A stretch of DNA of 64,000 nt from Camelus ferus (taxonomy: Eukaryota). Positions 27,115-40,805 of the stretch are shown one piece after another. The notes beneath the pieces are model-generated. The model searched no databases and had not been told where the DNA came from. It saw nothing but the letters and a program-made list of their open reading frames with translations. A program made the translations under genes and the position numbers. Each line of letters starts with the position of its first letter. Position 1 is the first letter of the stretch. The stretch spans positions 13,332,001 through 13,396,000 of the forward strand of contig NC_045698.1 of the NCBI RefSeq assembly GCF_009834535.1, in the 5' to 3' direction.

Positions 27115-28140
27115 GTAATTTTTTTATTTCAAGTTATCATGAAAACTGTAAACATATAGAAAATTTGAAAGAATTATACACTATATTCCAACATACTATT
27201 CACCCATCAATGTATTTCCTCATTTGCTCGCTCTCTGTCTCTGTCTCCAAACACACACGCATATGTAGAGGTTTTACTCTCTAAGTAATCTGCTATTAAG
27301 TTACAATGGTCATGGCCTCTTACCTCCAAACACTTCAGCATGCAGTTCCTAAGAACAATAGTTTTATCCTTCATAACCACAATACTAATACTATATCCCA
27401 AGTACTTATCATCAATACAGTAACATTACCCAATTTACAATCCATAATCAAATTTTCCTAATTGTCCCCAAATGTCCTTCATGGATTAAAAACAAAAACA
27501 AAAACAAAAACAAAAACAAAACAACTAAGGACTAATCAAGAATCATATGTTGCACTGAGTTTTTATGTTTCTTTAATTTCTTTAATCAAAATGCTCATTT
27601 TTTTCTTGTTTTGCTTTTCAGGTCATTCATGTATTGGAATAATCTGGGCTATTTATTTACTAGTATTCCTACTATTGGGATTTATCTAATTGCTCCCACT
27701 CAATTTGATTCAGCTTAAGATCTTCTTTTCAAGAATATATAGAGCTTGTGGTTTAATTTCCATTGCAAAATTAAATAGATACACATGGTCATTTTTCCAA
27801 ATCGAATCACTTGGTTTAGGTGGTTTTTGTGAACGTCTTTGTCATAAAATCACCTCTTCTTTTCCATAAAGAAGAGGTGATAATTGCTATGAATGCTCTA
27901 GAGGTCTAGATCCTCTTCAAACAACAGATGTTCACCAAGTATTTTAGCATGAATTAAGGATCCTTGCCAGAATCAATTACTTCATTGAGAATTCAAAATT
28001 ATTTTCTCTTCTATGATTTCTTCTGTATTTATTGAGAAGGGATTTTTCTTTACATCTGTCTCTCCCTCTCCTCTCTTATACCATTGCAGAAAATCATTAA
28101 TAATTCACCATACTAATTCGTATTAAACATAATCATCATT
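27115..28140 (-). mobile_element. L1MC4/5-like 3' UTR
   Basis: 'cctccaaacacttcagcatgcagttcctaagaacaa...cataaccacaatac', 'aattgtccccaaatgtcc'; contains (AAAAAC)n at about 27488-27522. Confidence 0.75.
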
Positions 28141-28249
28141 CCTGTAAATGGCAAAAAGATCTTCAGCAAAATTCAGTACCAATTACCTAACAAGATGAGA
28201 ATTAATGGCTATTCCTTTAGCATGAGAACAGATATTAACCTAGAGAGAA

Positions 28250-28470
28250 CTTAGACTACTGCATTTAGGAGGTCTGGCTTTAGAGTCAGAAGGCTCTGAA
28301 TGTGCTCCAGTTCCAAAATTGACCTGCTCTATGACCTTGTGAAATAAAAGACCTCTATGCCTCAAGTACTTCATCAGTGAGACTAGTTAACAGATGCTTA
28401 GAATTTGGTCCAGTGCATGATACATAGATAATAATAAATATTAGCTAATATTATTATGATTATTATAAAT
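28250..28470 (+). mobile_element. MIR
   Basis: 'ggctttagagtcaga', 'tgctctatgaccttg', 'cctctatgcctcaag', 'ataaatattagcta'. Confidence 0.7.
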
Positions 28471-28985
28471 AGTATTATTATAATTACTATTATTGTTATT
28501 TCTTCAGGGATCGTTTCAAAAGAGGGCATGACTAACAGTGAATAATTACATTAGTTATACTTTTACATAAAAAGCATTTGAGCCAAAGATAAACGCCTTC
28601 CAGAATGTAACACTGAACAACGCATTGAGAGATTTCAAACTCTCTCCCAAACCCTCCATGAATTGTGATGGGCTGGCTTTTCTTTGAAAGACAGGAATTG
28701 GGAAAGGCACAAGCCAAATCTGAACCCTGGACTCAAACTGGAGCTGCCACAGCTGGAGTCTGATCCTTTGCTAGGAGGACTAGCAACTGCTAGGTATTGC
28801 CTTGAGATCGGGACTTACACGTCCAGCTCCCGTGAAATGGTAAACAGGGAAACAAAGACTGCAGCAATGATCAAGGAGGAAATTTGTGCTATGGTGCCAT
28901 GTGAAATATGCATGTAATTATGGAGGGTAACTGTTCCAGGATCTCTTGGAGTCTTCTGTCTTGCGGCAAAGGTTGAGGGTGCTGT

Positions 28986-29350
28986 ATGAATATTATTCAG
29001 CCTGAAAACAGAAGGAAATCCTTCTAAATGCAACAACACGGATGAACTCGGAAGACATTGTGCTAAATGTGGTAAGCCAGACACAGAAAGACAAATACTG
29101 CATGATTCCACTTCAATGAAGTATCTAAAATAGTCAAAAAGAGAGTAGAGTGGTGGTTGCCAGGGGCTGGAGGAGGCAATGGGAATGCAGAGTTGTTTTC
29201 AATAGGTATAAAATTTCAGTTATGCAAGATACATACATTTTGGAGATCTGCCATACAACTTGGTGCTTTATTTATTAATACTGTATTGTACACTTAAAAT
29301 TTAAGAGGGTAAATCTCATGTTAAGTGTTCTTATCATAATAAAAAAGTAA
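28986..29350 (+). mobile_element. L1MA10/L1MB-like 3' end
   Basis: 'taagccagacacagaaagacaaatactgcatgattccactt' to 'aagagggtaaatctcatgttaagtgttctt...aataaaaaa'. Confidence 0.9.
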
Positions 29351-29739
29351 TTAATTTTAAAAATAATAAATTGTCCTGTTACCTTATAAATCCTTGAGGA
29401 CAGAATTTTGTCTTATTCAGTGTGAGACACCTGGCTCTTGGAACTTTACCTAGTGTCATGTAGAGGTCCCATAAATGTTTGTTGAACTAAACAGTATCAA
29501 TCATGTTTAGGATTTTTAATGGGAAGATATGTTTAAGTTACATAAGTTTAAATATGCTAAACATTTGTCACCTTACAAATTAACACTGGAGACATAATTT
29601 AAAATAATTAGTCATAAAGAACGAGCTTGTGAATAGTACACCAATCTCCATATATACATTATCTACATTAAAATAATGCTATCTCTTAGCAGTTTTTGGA
29701 ACTAAAATTAAAGTTAACATATTGCAGTTAGACATTGTA

Positions 29740-30950
29740 TTTCTTTTTCCAAATCAACTTTATTTATGTTTAGTGTACAAATAACAAAATGCATATCTTA
29801 AGTGTCTTGATGTGTTTTGACAACCGCACATGCTCATGTAAGCACTGGCTCTAAAATACAGAGGATTTAAATCACTCCAGACAGTTCCTCAGTTTCTCCA
29901 CTATAGATGAAATTTGTTGAATTTTATGCAGAGACTCTTGTTAAACTTATTTAGTAAATTAAGCATTTGTAATTTAAAAAAAAAGTTCTATTTATATGAT
30001 TATTTCATCTGACAATAAGTGTAATTTTTTCCTTTGCAATCCTAAATCTATATTTTCTCTCTGTCATATTGGTTAGGAACTTGTAAAATGTTTGTAGAAG
30101 TTGTGCTGGTTGCTACGCTAATCTTTATAATGAAATCATAGGGAAAGCATTCAATATTTCATCACTAGCGGGATTTTAAGTATAGAATTTTGGTAGATAG
30201 GCTGTATCAGTTGAAAATAATATCTTTTACTCATATTTTGATGGTATTGATTAACATTACTAATTCTTGAATTTTATCAAATGTTCAAATATTTTATTGA
30301 AAATAAAAAAAATCTCTTTAGATGATGATAATTGTATATTTGTTCTCATTTCCTTGTTAATGTGACTGGTTATATTAATTGATTTTAGATAGAAAAAAAA
30401 TTTTATTCTGGAAAGAAATCACATTTATTATTTGTTTTTTATATTACCAGATCCTATTTGTTATTTTGTTTAGAATTTTGTGTCTATTTTTATGTTATCA
30501 GTCTGTAAATGCCTTTCTTGTAAAATCCTTTGTAAATTTTGGTGTCAGGCTTATTCTGACCCTATAAAATGAATCAGGAAGTGTATCATTTTCCCTCTAT
30601 TTTCTAGAAGAGTTAGTATAAAATCACATTATTTCCCCCTAAAAGTTTTGAAAATTTGCCAATTAATCAATTGGATCCTGGAGATTTTTTTTGTGGGAAG
30701 GTTTAAATTAAGGGTTCCTTTATACTAGCAGATATAGAACTATTCAGATTATTTCTTGTCAGTACTGATAAAATATGTTTCAAGAAGCACTTCCATTTCA
30801 TATAGATTTTCCCCCCAAATGTCAAAATGTACATGAAATTATATTATTATCCTATTAATATTATTATCTGCTTGATTGATAATAAAGTCCCCTTTTACAT
30901 TCTTTATTTTATGTCTTCTCTCCTCTCTTCTCATCTCCTCTAACTGGTCA
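29740..30950 (-). mobile_element. Old L1M fragments
   Basis: 'gggaaagcattcaatatttcatcact', 'gaattttatcaaatg', 'gaactattcagatt' are antisense L1 ORF2 motifs. Confidence 0.8.
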
Positions 30951-31089
30951 GCAAAAATCTAAGGGAATGATGGGGCAGAGATATTAAATAAGTCCAGAAA
31001 AAACAACTTTGGAACATTGGCTTTGTTCTGTAGGAGGGTCTAGAGGTCATTCTGTTTGCCAAAATGATCTATGATGTGCTGGTGAGAGG

Positions 31090-31410
31090 GGCAGTATCAT
31101 CTTTCATTCCAGGGGTACAGTATAAATTCCTCTCAGCAGCAGTATTAGAGATCTAAATGATGCAGTGGGTGGTGATCCCATTCATAGCTCCACTCAGTCT
31201 ACTAGAATGATTCCTCAAAGTCAGATCATGGTGGATGAGAGCAGACAATTTCAAAGTCACTAAGAAGTGGCTCTGCTTGCAGATTCTGGGTAGATATTGT
31301 GTCTTTGGTGGATCAAGTTAATACTTCTTTCCATAAACTCAGAAAGCTCTGATTGTGCAGAAACATGAAAATATTTATGGAGCATCTCCTCCTGACAGCA
31401 GTAAAGAAAG
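31090..31410 (+). pseudogene. Decayed ERVL pol (reverse transcriptase N-terminal) fragment
   Basis: Frameshifted, colinear peptides IRDLNDA-xVVIP (31144+), SWWMRAD (31226-31246) and DIVSLVDQVNT (31293-31325) match recalled ERVL pol IKDLKDAGVVIP...SWRMTVD...DVVSLLEQINT. Confidence 0.75.
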
Positions 31411-32939
31411 ACAGACTGGGGGTTAAGAATCTAAATAGTTGACAGTTATTATACAGTCATCAATTACATTATTAATTGACATGTGCACATATTTTCTACC
31501 TTCTTAAATATATGCAAAATTCTACTATTAAAGCATTATTCTAAAAATAAATAAAATATTAAGTCTAATGACTAATAGTTGATAAGCTATAAATAGGTTG
31601 TTTTAACATTCTTTATTTTCCTCTGATTTTTTTGTTTAGTAAGTGTATATATATTTGCAAGTATATAATAAATGCATATATATTTAAAATATACATATAC
31701 ATTACAATGACTAAAGTGTCATATCATTGGAATGAAATGTTTAAAATGTCACTTGAGTTCATCTAAGAATGATATAATTGTTTTAGCCAATATTATCTAA
31801 TCCTGAAAAAGGAAAATAATTTCTAGGGTATATAAATTTTAAATCATATTAAATATTATATGTTCTATATAAGCTACTCCTCTCAATTTGTTTGTAAATT
31901 ATGCCACAGATTATCATAACTATGCAAGATACAAAGGTTATAATAAAGTTAGTGTATACTGTGCTACATAGAAAATATAGCATAGTTATTAAATAGATGG
32001 ATCATAAACTGATAGAGACGTGAAAATATTTGTTGCTGAAAATGCATCATTCATGTCCACACATAATGCTTCTATGAGATGTAATGCAAAACTGAAAAAT
32101 GACCTTGTTATGAGGTGTTACATACTCTGGTGGCCTTTATGAGAATTGGATTCTATCTGTAATTTACTAAAGGGTTACTTCTTACCTAAGTGAGCAATTT
32201 CAGCCCTTCAAATTATGAGCCTCATTCTAAACCTATGCCTTTTCAATTGATGGTAGCGCCATTCTTGTTGAAGTCCAAAAATAACACTCAGCTGAAGGCA
32301 CAGGGCCTGTAGAAACTAGATGGGGTGTAACTGGCAGTGGTTCAGAAGAATCAACGGCTCTGATTCCACATCTTGGTAAATGGACCAAAGCTGATGGTCT
32401 AAATTGAAAGTAATAGTTGGAATGTTCTACAATGGCTGGGCTCCAGATCACGTAAGACAACTTTAAGGAGCAGTTTAAGCACTGGACAATTACATCTCAT
32501 ATCAGTTAATATCTTTCTGAACTATCTCTGTACTTTATATAACACATTCCCACAACATAAATGCATTGAGTCACACTTTGTATAGCTAACTGAGTGATCA
32601 CTATTGGTACTTTGTCAAAAATGCCATAATGATTGGCGAAATGCTTCTGGCAAAAACAGTTACGACACTAATTATAGCCTGGTATAATAATAACATCTTC
32701 CCTTTCACATCTTCCTGTTTAGACTCCAAATTGTCGTTGTCATGTTTGTCATTCTAATGTTAGCTGACTTACACCAACAAATGTGGAAGCAACAAGGACA
32801 CTTTCTTGAATAGTTTTATTTTTATACATAATTACTTATATATTTAATATAACCATGAATTTCTATTTGAGTGATTTAAAAATAGAAGTTAAATGAACCG
32901 TGATTTATCTCTGAATAGACTGCATTTGTGAGTAAAGAG

Positions 32940-33200
32940 CTCTTACCAGGCTAATCCTGACTGCCCTTTCAGGCTCAGTGAGTCTGGCTCCTCCTCTTCC
33001 CTCATCTTCATTGCTTCAGGAAAACTTCTACATTTCCGTCTATGCAGGTGATGTGTGTTTCTTTTGCTCTCTTCTAATATTTTATGCTTTCTACTTTTTT
33101 CAGTGCATATCACAGTATGTTGCAATTTTTCATATGTCTCCTCCATTAGGCAGTAAGATTTGAATGAGTCAATCAAGCCATTAATCTCTCAGAACCCACT
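32940..33200 (+). mobile_element. L2 3' end fragment
   Basis: 'ccctttcaggctcag', 'atgtctcctccattaggcagtaag'. Confidence 0.55.
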
Positions 33201-34464
33201 GTAACTCTAGCCTTCAACAACTTATCTTTTGAATTTAAGATGATGGTACACTCATGTTTGTTATTTCCTGGTCAAAGAGTTATAAATCATGGATACACAT
33301 TTAAAAATAATATATGGCATAATATCTATTTTGCTTTGCATTAATACACATTAAACATAAAAAATAAATTTGATTTGAATCAAAGTCATATTTATGGCAC
33401 ATCATTTCTGTATTATGAGAAATAGAGGTTTAAATAATATATAATTGGTATTTATGAGGACTAAGAATTCCCGACTTGATGGACGCAGGTTAAGGAAGTG
33501 AATATGGCTCAGCTAAGATGAAGTAAAGTGATTCAGCTGTTTGTCACAGAGCAATCACGACACAAGCCAGTGGAGTACTTTCCCCAAGCTAGTACTTAAT
33601 AAAGGATGTACAAATGAATTGCTCAAATTTGTGTTCTACATGCATCGGTGCAGACAGATGCTATAAACATCAGCATTGATGAGAAGCCCCAGAAGCGATA
33701 TTCTCAGTACGAATAGGTAAATAATAAATTTTACCTTCAGCATCACAAAGTAGAAAAAAGTTCTCTACCCTAATTGAACAGGCATTGTGAAACTCTAAAT
33801 ATAAATTATTTATAAACATAAAGCTTCTCGACAAAAAACTGTCCAATAAGGAAGCCACAAATGTTTATTCCGGTATGGTTACAGTTTATCAAAAATACCT
33901 ACTGACCGCACCAAAACACTGCCTTGTTTACTGTTATGGAGATAGAGCTGTTCACTGCATGATCCAAAGCTGGTCCTACTGAGGCGGGAGAGGAGTCTTA
34001 GTTACTAGAGAAAATTAGCTGGATAAATATCAAAGAGTATAGGAAAGAGAAGTCATCTTGGAATTAAGTGACTACCTCTCTTAATGGTATAGATTCAAGT
34101 GCTGATTTTCAGGAAGAAGAAAAGATGTTCCCAAGGAAACAAAGCAAGTCAGTCAAAGAGAGAGGATTAAATGAAATGTCCATCAAGCCCCACCCTGTGC
34201 CCCAAAATGCTTACACTGGGCCACGATCCAGAAATGTTATAATTAAAAAAAAAGCCCTTATCTCAAAAAGCTTAAAGGCAAATAAGATATATCAAGTTGA
34301 CTTGTAAATAATTACTACAGCATTTTGATGTCCTGACCAAGAAGCTGTTAAAATATAGTGCAGGCAAAAGACTTATCTAGAATAATTGAGTATAAAGATC
34401 TTTATCTCAGCATTAGTAATTTCCATAGCTATTTTTAAAATTCCATTTATTAGGATGGCATTAT

Positions 34465-34920
34465 CCTTCACTTATGTAACATATTTATTTACTGCATATC
34501 ATATACCAGGCACTATTCTAAGTTTTGTTTTTATATATATTTTTTTAAATTCAGATTTTATTGTTTTAGAGCAGCTTTAGGTTCATAACTCTTCTAAGAT
34601 TTGAAGTCTAAATTAAAAAAAAAAAAGCAAACAAACAAAAACTGACAAATATCTCTTCGGTGGTAAAAACAGTAAATATGATAAATTACTGATTTATGCC
34701 TATAGGTGATAAATGCAATGGAAGACCCACAGCTGGGTAATGGGGCTTAAGGATTACAAGAGAAGGAGGAAGTTTCCAGTGTAAAGATGACGAAGGCAGG
34801 CCTAACCTAAAAAGTGATTTTGTAACACACCTGCAGCTGAGGAAGTTAGCAAACTGATGATGGAGACCAGATTTTCCAAATCAGAGAATTCTAGTATATA
34901 AGTGTTTCAAGTCAGTAAGA
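34465..34920 (-). mobile_element. L2 3' end, interrupted by a 60-bp L1 insertion
   Basis: 'aacatatttatttactgcatatcatataccaggcactattctaag', 'ggtgataaatgcaatggaaga'. Confidence 0.7.
34512..34603 (-). mobile_element. Ultra-short L1 (L1MC-like) 3' end with 16-bp TSD
   Basis: TSD actattctaagttttg (34512-34527) / actcttctaagatttg (34588-34603); body 'agattttattgttttagagcagctttaggttca'. Confidence 0.8.
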
Positions 34921-35873
34921 GTCACAGAGCCACCTAAAAGTCACAATATTAGAATGGTTTGCTTCAACTGAATCCCTGCTGTCACCACAGACTTACCTGC
35001 CTGGACAAGCCAGAATAAATACCCAAGACATCTGTTTAACCTGTCTTAGTTTGATATCCCCAGATACCTGGCATCTTTTACCAAAGGGATACAAGAGCCA
35101 TCTAGTTTGGGGGGAATCTCTATGTTTCTTTAATTTGGGTGTTACAGAGGTCAATATAACAGGAAATAACCAAAAGTGATTACTGGATCTAAGGTTCTCA
35201 AACCTTTAATTTACAAAGAACTTTAAGTATATTTCTTGGGAACACTAAGTCTCAGCTCCCTATTCCCAGACTGGAGTTGTTTTTGTAAGTGTTCAGTCCT
35301 AACGTATAAAAGATTGTCATAAACATCATGATGAGGTGCCTGCTCTGATGCTTCTGACAACCTCCAAAAGTCTATAATGAAGCTATGCTGACACATGCTA
35401 TTTCAATGTTTTATATTTTGCCTTAAAGAATATGATGGAGACACATTCATCAGTAGCATGTAAGATGTCAAGTCTTTTCATTTGAGACTGACAGCCTGAG
35501 CCATGAAAGTCATGTGTTTCAGGATTTAATCCTAATGGATTAAGCCTTGTATCAATATTTATACCATAAAAGAGTCCTAATTTGGTAAACTCAGATGTTT
35601 CTTCTGCCTCCTCTTGGTAAGTGCAAACTTGCAATGAACTTAATGATCCACACATTTTCACAGACAAGGACTGAGTTAATATTATCATTTTAATTATCAA
35701 GGATAATAGCTTGTGATTTTTTAAAAATAATATTTCTGTAACATATGTGTTGCCTGCATCAATGTATATAAATTATCATGTTGACACATAATTTGAACTT
35801 TTTAGACCCATAGAAATTCCTATACCATCAGAATAAACTGCCAAGGTATTTCTGGTATATCAAATTACCAGAA

Positions 35874-35876
<3 letters not shown>

Positions 35877-35907
<31 letters not shown>
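35877..35907. repeat. (CA)n microsatellite
   Basis: About 15 perfect AC units. Confidence 0.98.
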
Positions 35908-35911
<4 letters not shown>

Positions 35912-35994
35912 CACACACATACACACAACAAAAACAAAAGAAACTGGGCAACAGGTTTTGAGGTATTCCTACTGAGACTCATTTTCTTTTAGCA

Positions 35995-36275
35995 TGCTGT
36001 ATTCCAAGGTTTACAAAAGGTGTTTGAAGGAAACTAGCCACACAGGATCTTCATAGATGTTTCCTAGGGGAGAAAGAAAAGGTGATAAGTGGTCGGGTAA
36101 GTTTGAGATATCATGAGTTAAACTAAATCAATGTTTTCCTCCTTCGTCTAGTTTTCATTACCTTTGATGTAAGAGTAGTTCTTTGTATAACCCAAGAGGG
36201 ACTCAAGTTTGCAGAACTGTTATAGTTCTGATTCTTGGAACATTATAGTGACTCAGGACCTTCTCTGGGAAGTAA
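35995..36275. mobile_element. hAT-Charlie DNA transposon remnant (MER103C-like)
   Basis: 'gtggtcgggtaagtttgagata...gagttaaac', 'ccaagaggg...tgcag' resemble the recalled MER103C consensus. Confidence 0.55.
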
Positions 36276-37955
36276 TGGTGTGGGGGAGTGAATACTAGAT
36301 TAAAATTGATGAAGCCCATATGACTTAGAAAGTGCATGGCAGGGAAAATTACTTACGTTTTCCGATTCTTGGTTTTGTTATCTGTAAGAATGTTGAGACC
36401 AGAGAAAATGACTTCATGCTCTGTAAACTTAGACTTCATACAATCATAGTAATAACAATAATAAGAATGTGTTTACATGTAATCTATCATTTGGAAGTCA
36501 AAATGAAATACTAATTCCAGGGCGGTCAGTAGGTTGATCGTTATGTCAGCAAGTAAATCTGTTGTTCCAAATATTCCTTTTCATTCAATAGTTCATTTTT
36601 AAACATTTTCCCCTTGATGTGAGCTGTCTTTTCCAAAGTGACTAGATCATTCAAAGCAAAGAGAACAATCAAAGTAGCTTTGCTTCAGGCTATTTGCTGT
36701 TGGTGTCACTTGAATTTAAACCACAAAGACATTTCAAACAGAAAACATTTTCATCCCCTAATATATAACCCAGGAGATAGGAAATCATGGAATCCCAGAG
36801 GAAACAGCTTTCACTTATGTCAACTTGGCAAGTTGCATCTGCTTTTCAAGTGAACAAAGAAGAGCATTTGGTTATGACAGTCTAAAAACCTTGTTTCCTT
36901 AAACTTTTTTACCTTCAACATCACATAAATGAAACATCCTTCCTCTTCAAAAGGCTATTAGAGGCTTTTAGCTCTCCCACAATTGTGTTGGCAAGGGGAA
37001 AATAAAATTCTCTCTTACCTCTTTATCTGAAATGCATGCTTAGTTTCTGAGTTATATGAGGTAAAAATCAACCTGCAAATGCTTTCTGTTTTCATTGATT
37101 CACAACTACCTTCTGTTCTGAACATTAAAAATAATTAGCAAGATCAGCAAGTTTGCAGCAAAGAAAGTTAACTAAAAACTACTGCTACTACTTCAAGCAA
37201 GAAGTCACATATTTACCAAGTCATGCTTATTGTCACTGGTATGCAAGTTCCTATAAAAAAGCATGTATGAAAGTAACATTCTTTTTTTGAAACATCTATT
37301 TTGAAGTCTCTTCAAATAAATTTTCTGGTGATTGTTCCATTCCTAGGTAACCTACAGCTTATATTTAATTATTCTATCGCTTTCATTTAAAAAACATTGA
37401 ATATCGACCATATGCCTTTGGAACACAAAGAGAAAAAGAAATAGAAGAATAAAGAAATAATGTGAGACTTCGCACTTACCTTTAAGGAATTAACATTCAG
37501 GTAGGCATGAACAAATGAAAACATAAGTGAAATAAAGTCAGCTGAGGGATTCATTTCTGGAGAAGTTGACTAAGGTTTTATATAGGAAATATTATTTTTT
37601 GGTAGAACATAGAAAATCAATTTTATATATTTTTTTTTTGTTTGGAAGACAAAAGTGAGTTGGATGTTCTATGTAGGGGGAAGAGAACCTACAAACTGTA
37701 TGGACACAGAGATACAAATCAGTGTATCTAATGTGGAAGTAAGAGCAAATTTAGAGCTGAATTAGGAGATGAAGTTCCTGAAATGTGGAACTATTTGTGG
37801 TGTACGATCACTTTGCTGACAGTGATTACCAATGCTTGGGATCATGGAGCTGTATACTTATACCAGTCTGGGAAAATGTGAGATATCATGGTGGAGGACC
37901 AGGTGTCCAAAACCTCTTCACATGAGATCAGTGGGTCATATTAGATTCATGGTTA

Positions 37956-38614
37956 TGGAATAGGAAAAAAATGAGAGGTAAGAGGATGGCTATGTCCCAG
38001 GTCTCAGTTGAGTCCCTGAGATGTGCCTCACCAAGTGTGGGTCTTTGGTTTCACACAGGAAAGAATTCAAGAGCAAGCCACAGTTGAGTAAAAGTAGATT
38101 TATTCAGAGAGATGCATACCCCATAGACAAGAGTGCAGCCTGTTTCAGAAGGCAAGAGAAAGACCATGAGGTGTGGGGGTTGGGTGCTCAGTTTAAAGTA
38201 AAAGTAGATACACACTCCACAGACAGAGTGTGGTCCATCTCACTCAGAAGGGAGAGCAGCCATGAGGAACAATGCTGTTAGTTTTTATGGGCTCATTAGT
38301 TTCATATGCTAACAAGTGTGAGGATTATTTCAAATACTTTGGGGAAGTGGTGGTGATTTTCAGGAACGGACCACCGCCCAATTCTTGACCTATTATGTTC
38401 AGCCTCGGAACTGTCATGGTGCCTATGGGAGTGTCATTTACTATATTAATCTATTAAAATGAGCGTATAATGAAGCTCAAGGTCTACTGGAAGTCACATC
38501 TCCCACCATCTTGGGTTTCAAGGCCTACCAGGAGTTGAATCTTTCTCCATCGTGGTGTCAATTACTGTGCCATTCCTTGAATGGCTGTGCCCTGCCCCCT
38601 TCGTTCCTGTCTCA
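37956..38614 (-). mobile_element. ERV1-type solo LTR, family A copy 2
   Basis: Reverse complement begins 'tgagacaggaacgaagggggcagggcacagccattcaagg' as in copy 1; TSD gtta/gttg. Confidence 0.92.
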
Positions 38615-40252
38615 GTTGGGTCCCAGGCAGCAGAAATAAAATCCATCTTTAGCAGAAAGAGTAGAGTTTCCATCTGTTGCTTAGTAGAAAATGATAAGAA
38701 GTCAGAGAAGGCTTTTTTAGGTCATATTTAGGAGCAGATAAAGTGGTAGAAAAGTCTTAGAGTACTGATAAATGAGTGGAGGTTATTAATGCACTGGAAG
38801 CTTCACTTCAAGGAGTAAGACAGCTCTTTGGCTTGAAGAGGATGAGATAATCAGTGAAGAGTATCCACTATCGCACAGGTTAAAGAACATGGCCAGGTAA
38901 ATAAGTATGTGATGTGGGGACCAGAGGAAGCTAAACTGATAAGGTGGTGCTACATGGGATTGTTTTAAAATACAGATAATTACTTTACATAAGAATACCC
39001 ACTTATTAAAAGTTTACTACATGTGCTAAGGAGAACTGGGGTTTGAAATCACATCAAACATCAAAGTACAAATTCCTTAAACACTGCTCCCCTGCTTTGT
39101 GCTACATTTATTCAAATGTCACTATTTGTTTATCTGTCAAAGACACATAAATTTGTTACTTTTGAGATCCCTCACTTTACAATTATTGATATATAAATAA
39201 CTTGTCTTCATTTTCAAAATCAGTTCAAATATTATCAAATAAGCTGCCATATTTAAATGTCATCAACTGATGGTTTAAGTAATAAAAATGTAATGTAGGT
39301 AATTATTACTTTTGTCAGAGATAATACCATCCTATATAAAATTGTTATTATCAGGCTAAGAACAAAGCCTATTAATAAAATTAGGCTTTTGTACACAACA
39401 AGTAAGACCAAACACAGGTTTATTCTGTCAAATGTATGTTAATTCTGCTAACTATGCATACATGAATTTCTTATCCATATTTAAATCAGAATTTAGGCCA
39501 TATAGCTTTATAAAACTTTCTCTGGGTTAACCAGTAAGAGAACAAAGCAACAGATACACAATATTTACTTTCTCATGACCATGGTCATACAAACACTGTG
39601 TAGTCTTTGCCTTTCTATAAAATTAGAGTTATTAGAAAGATGTTATATTTAGAAATCTAGCATTCTATTAAAACATGTAAGCAGCAAAACTGAAATAACT
39701 CATTTGATAAGCACATTTGTAAGAGGAGTTGAAACATTCACTTAATCTGCAAATGATCTCATTGGTCTTATCCTATTTAACTCAGCACTATATGAACTAT
39801 GTAATTTTTCCATTAAATTTCTCCTCACAGATTTGCAAACTGCCAGTGAAAATATATTGCCTCCATTTAATTCAAACTGAAACAGAATTCAAAGCCTCCT
39901 TCTCTTCCAAATGTGTATAGAATTACAACACACACATTTAATTTCTTTAAAACACTTAAATGACTTTCAGTCATAATTCAGAATTTTCCCTTGCACATAT
40001 TGTGAATCATCAAGGAACTTGAAGATAGAAAATCAAAACATAAACTTAATATTTAAAATAAAACTTGGAGACTGATAACATCTTTGGACTTCAAAATACA
40101 CGTAAAGGCTACCAAAAAGCAAGAGCAGAGCCCATGTAGAAGCTTGATGAAAGGAAATAGAGAGGACAGGCCACAGCTAGTGAGATGTGCAAGAGATCTG
40201 TAGAGTTTGCTACAAACAAACAAATAAACAAGCAAGGAAACAAAAGTTCCAG

Positions 40253-40805
40253 AATTTACAATATCCAAGACATGGAAACAACCTAAGTGTCCATAGACAG
40301 AGGACTGAATAAAGAAGCTGTGGTATAGTTATACAATGGAATACTACTCAACCATAAAAAGTAATAAAATAATGCCATTTGCGGCAACATGGCTGGATCT
40401 TGAGATTTTCATCCTAAGTGAAGTAAGCCAGAAGGAAAAGGAAAAATACCACATGATATCATTTATATGTGGAATCTAAAAAAAAAAAAAAAAAAGACAC
40501 AAACTTATTTACAAAACAGAAACAGACTCACAGACATAGAGAAAAAACCTAGTTACCAAGCGGGAAGTGGGTGGGAGAAGATAAATCAGGAGTTTGAGAT
40601 TTGCAGATACAAACTGCTGTATATAAAATAGAGAAATAACAAGTTTATACTGTATAGCACAGGGAACTATATTCAATATCTTGTAGTAACCTATGGCAGA
40701 AAAGAATATAAAAATGAATATATGTATGTTCTTTATGACTGAGTATTATGCTGTACACTAGAAATTAACACATTGTAACCTGGTCATATTTCAATTTAAA
40801 AAAAT
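40253..40805 (+). mobile_element. Young cetartiodactyl-type L1 3' end (5'-truncated)
   Basis: ORF2 end 'aagacatggaaacaacctaagtgtcca' and 3' UTR 'ctgtatagcacagggaactatattcaatatcttgtagtaaccta' followed by an A tail. Confidence 0.92.

Noticed and set aside
35398..35700. 100-aa minus-strand ORF in unique DNA
   Set aside because: Non-ATG start, no convincing splice-site pair and no recognisable homology.
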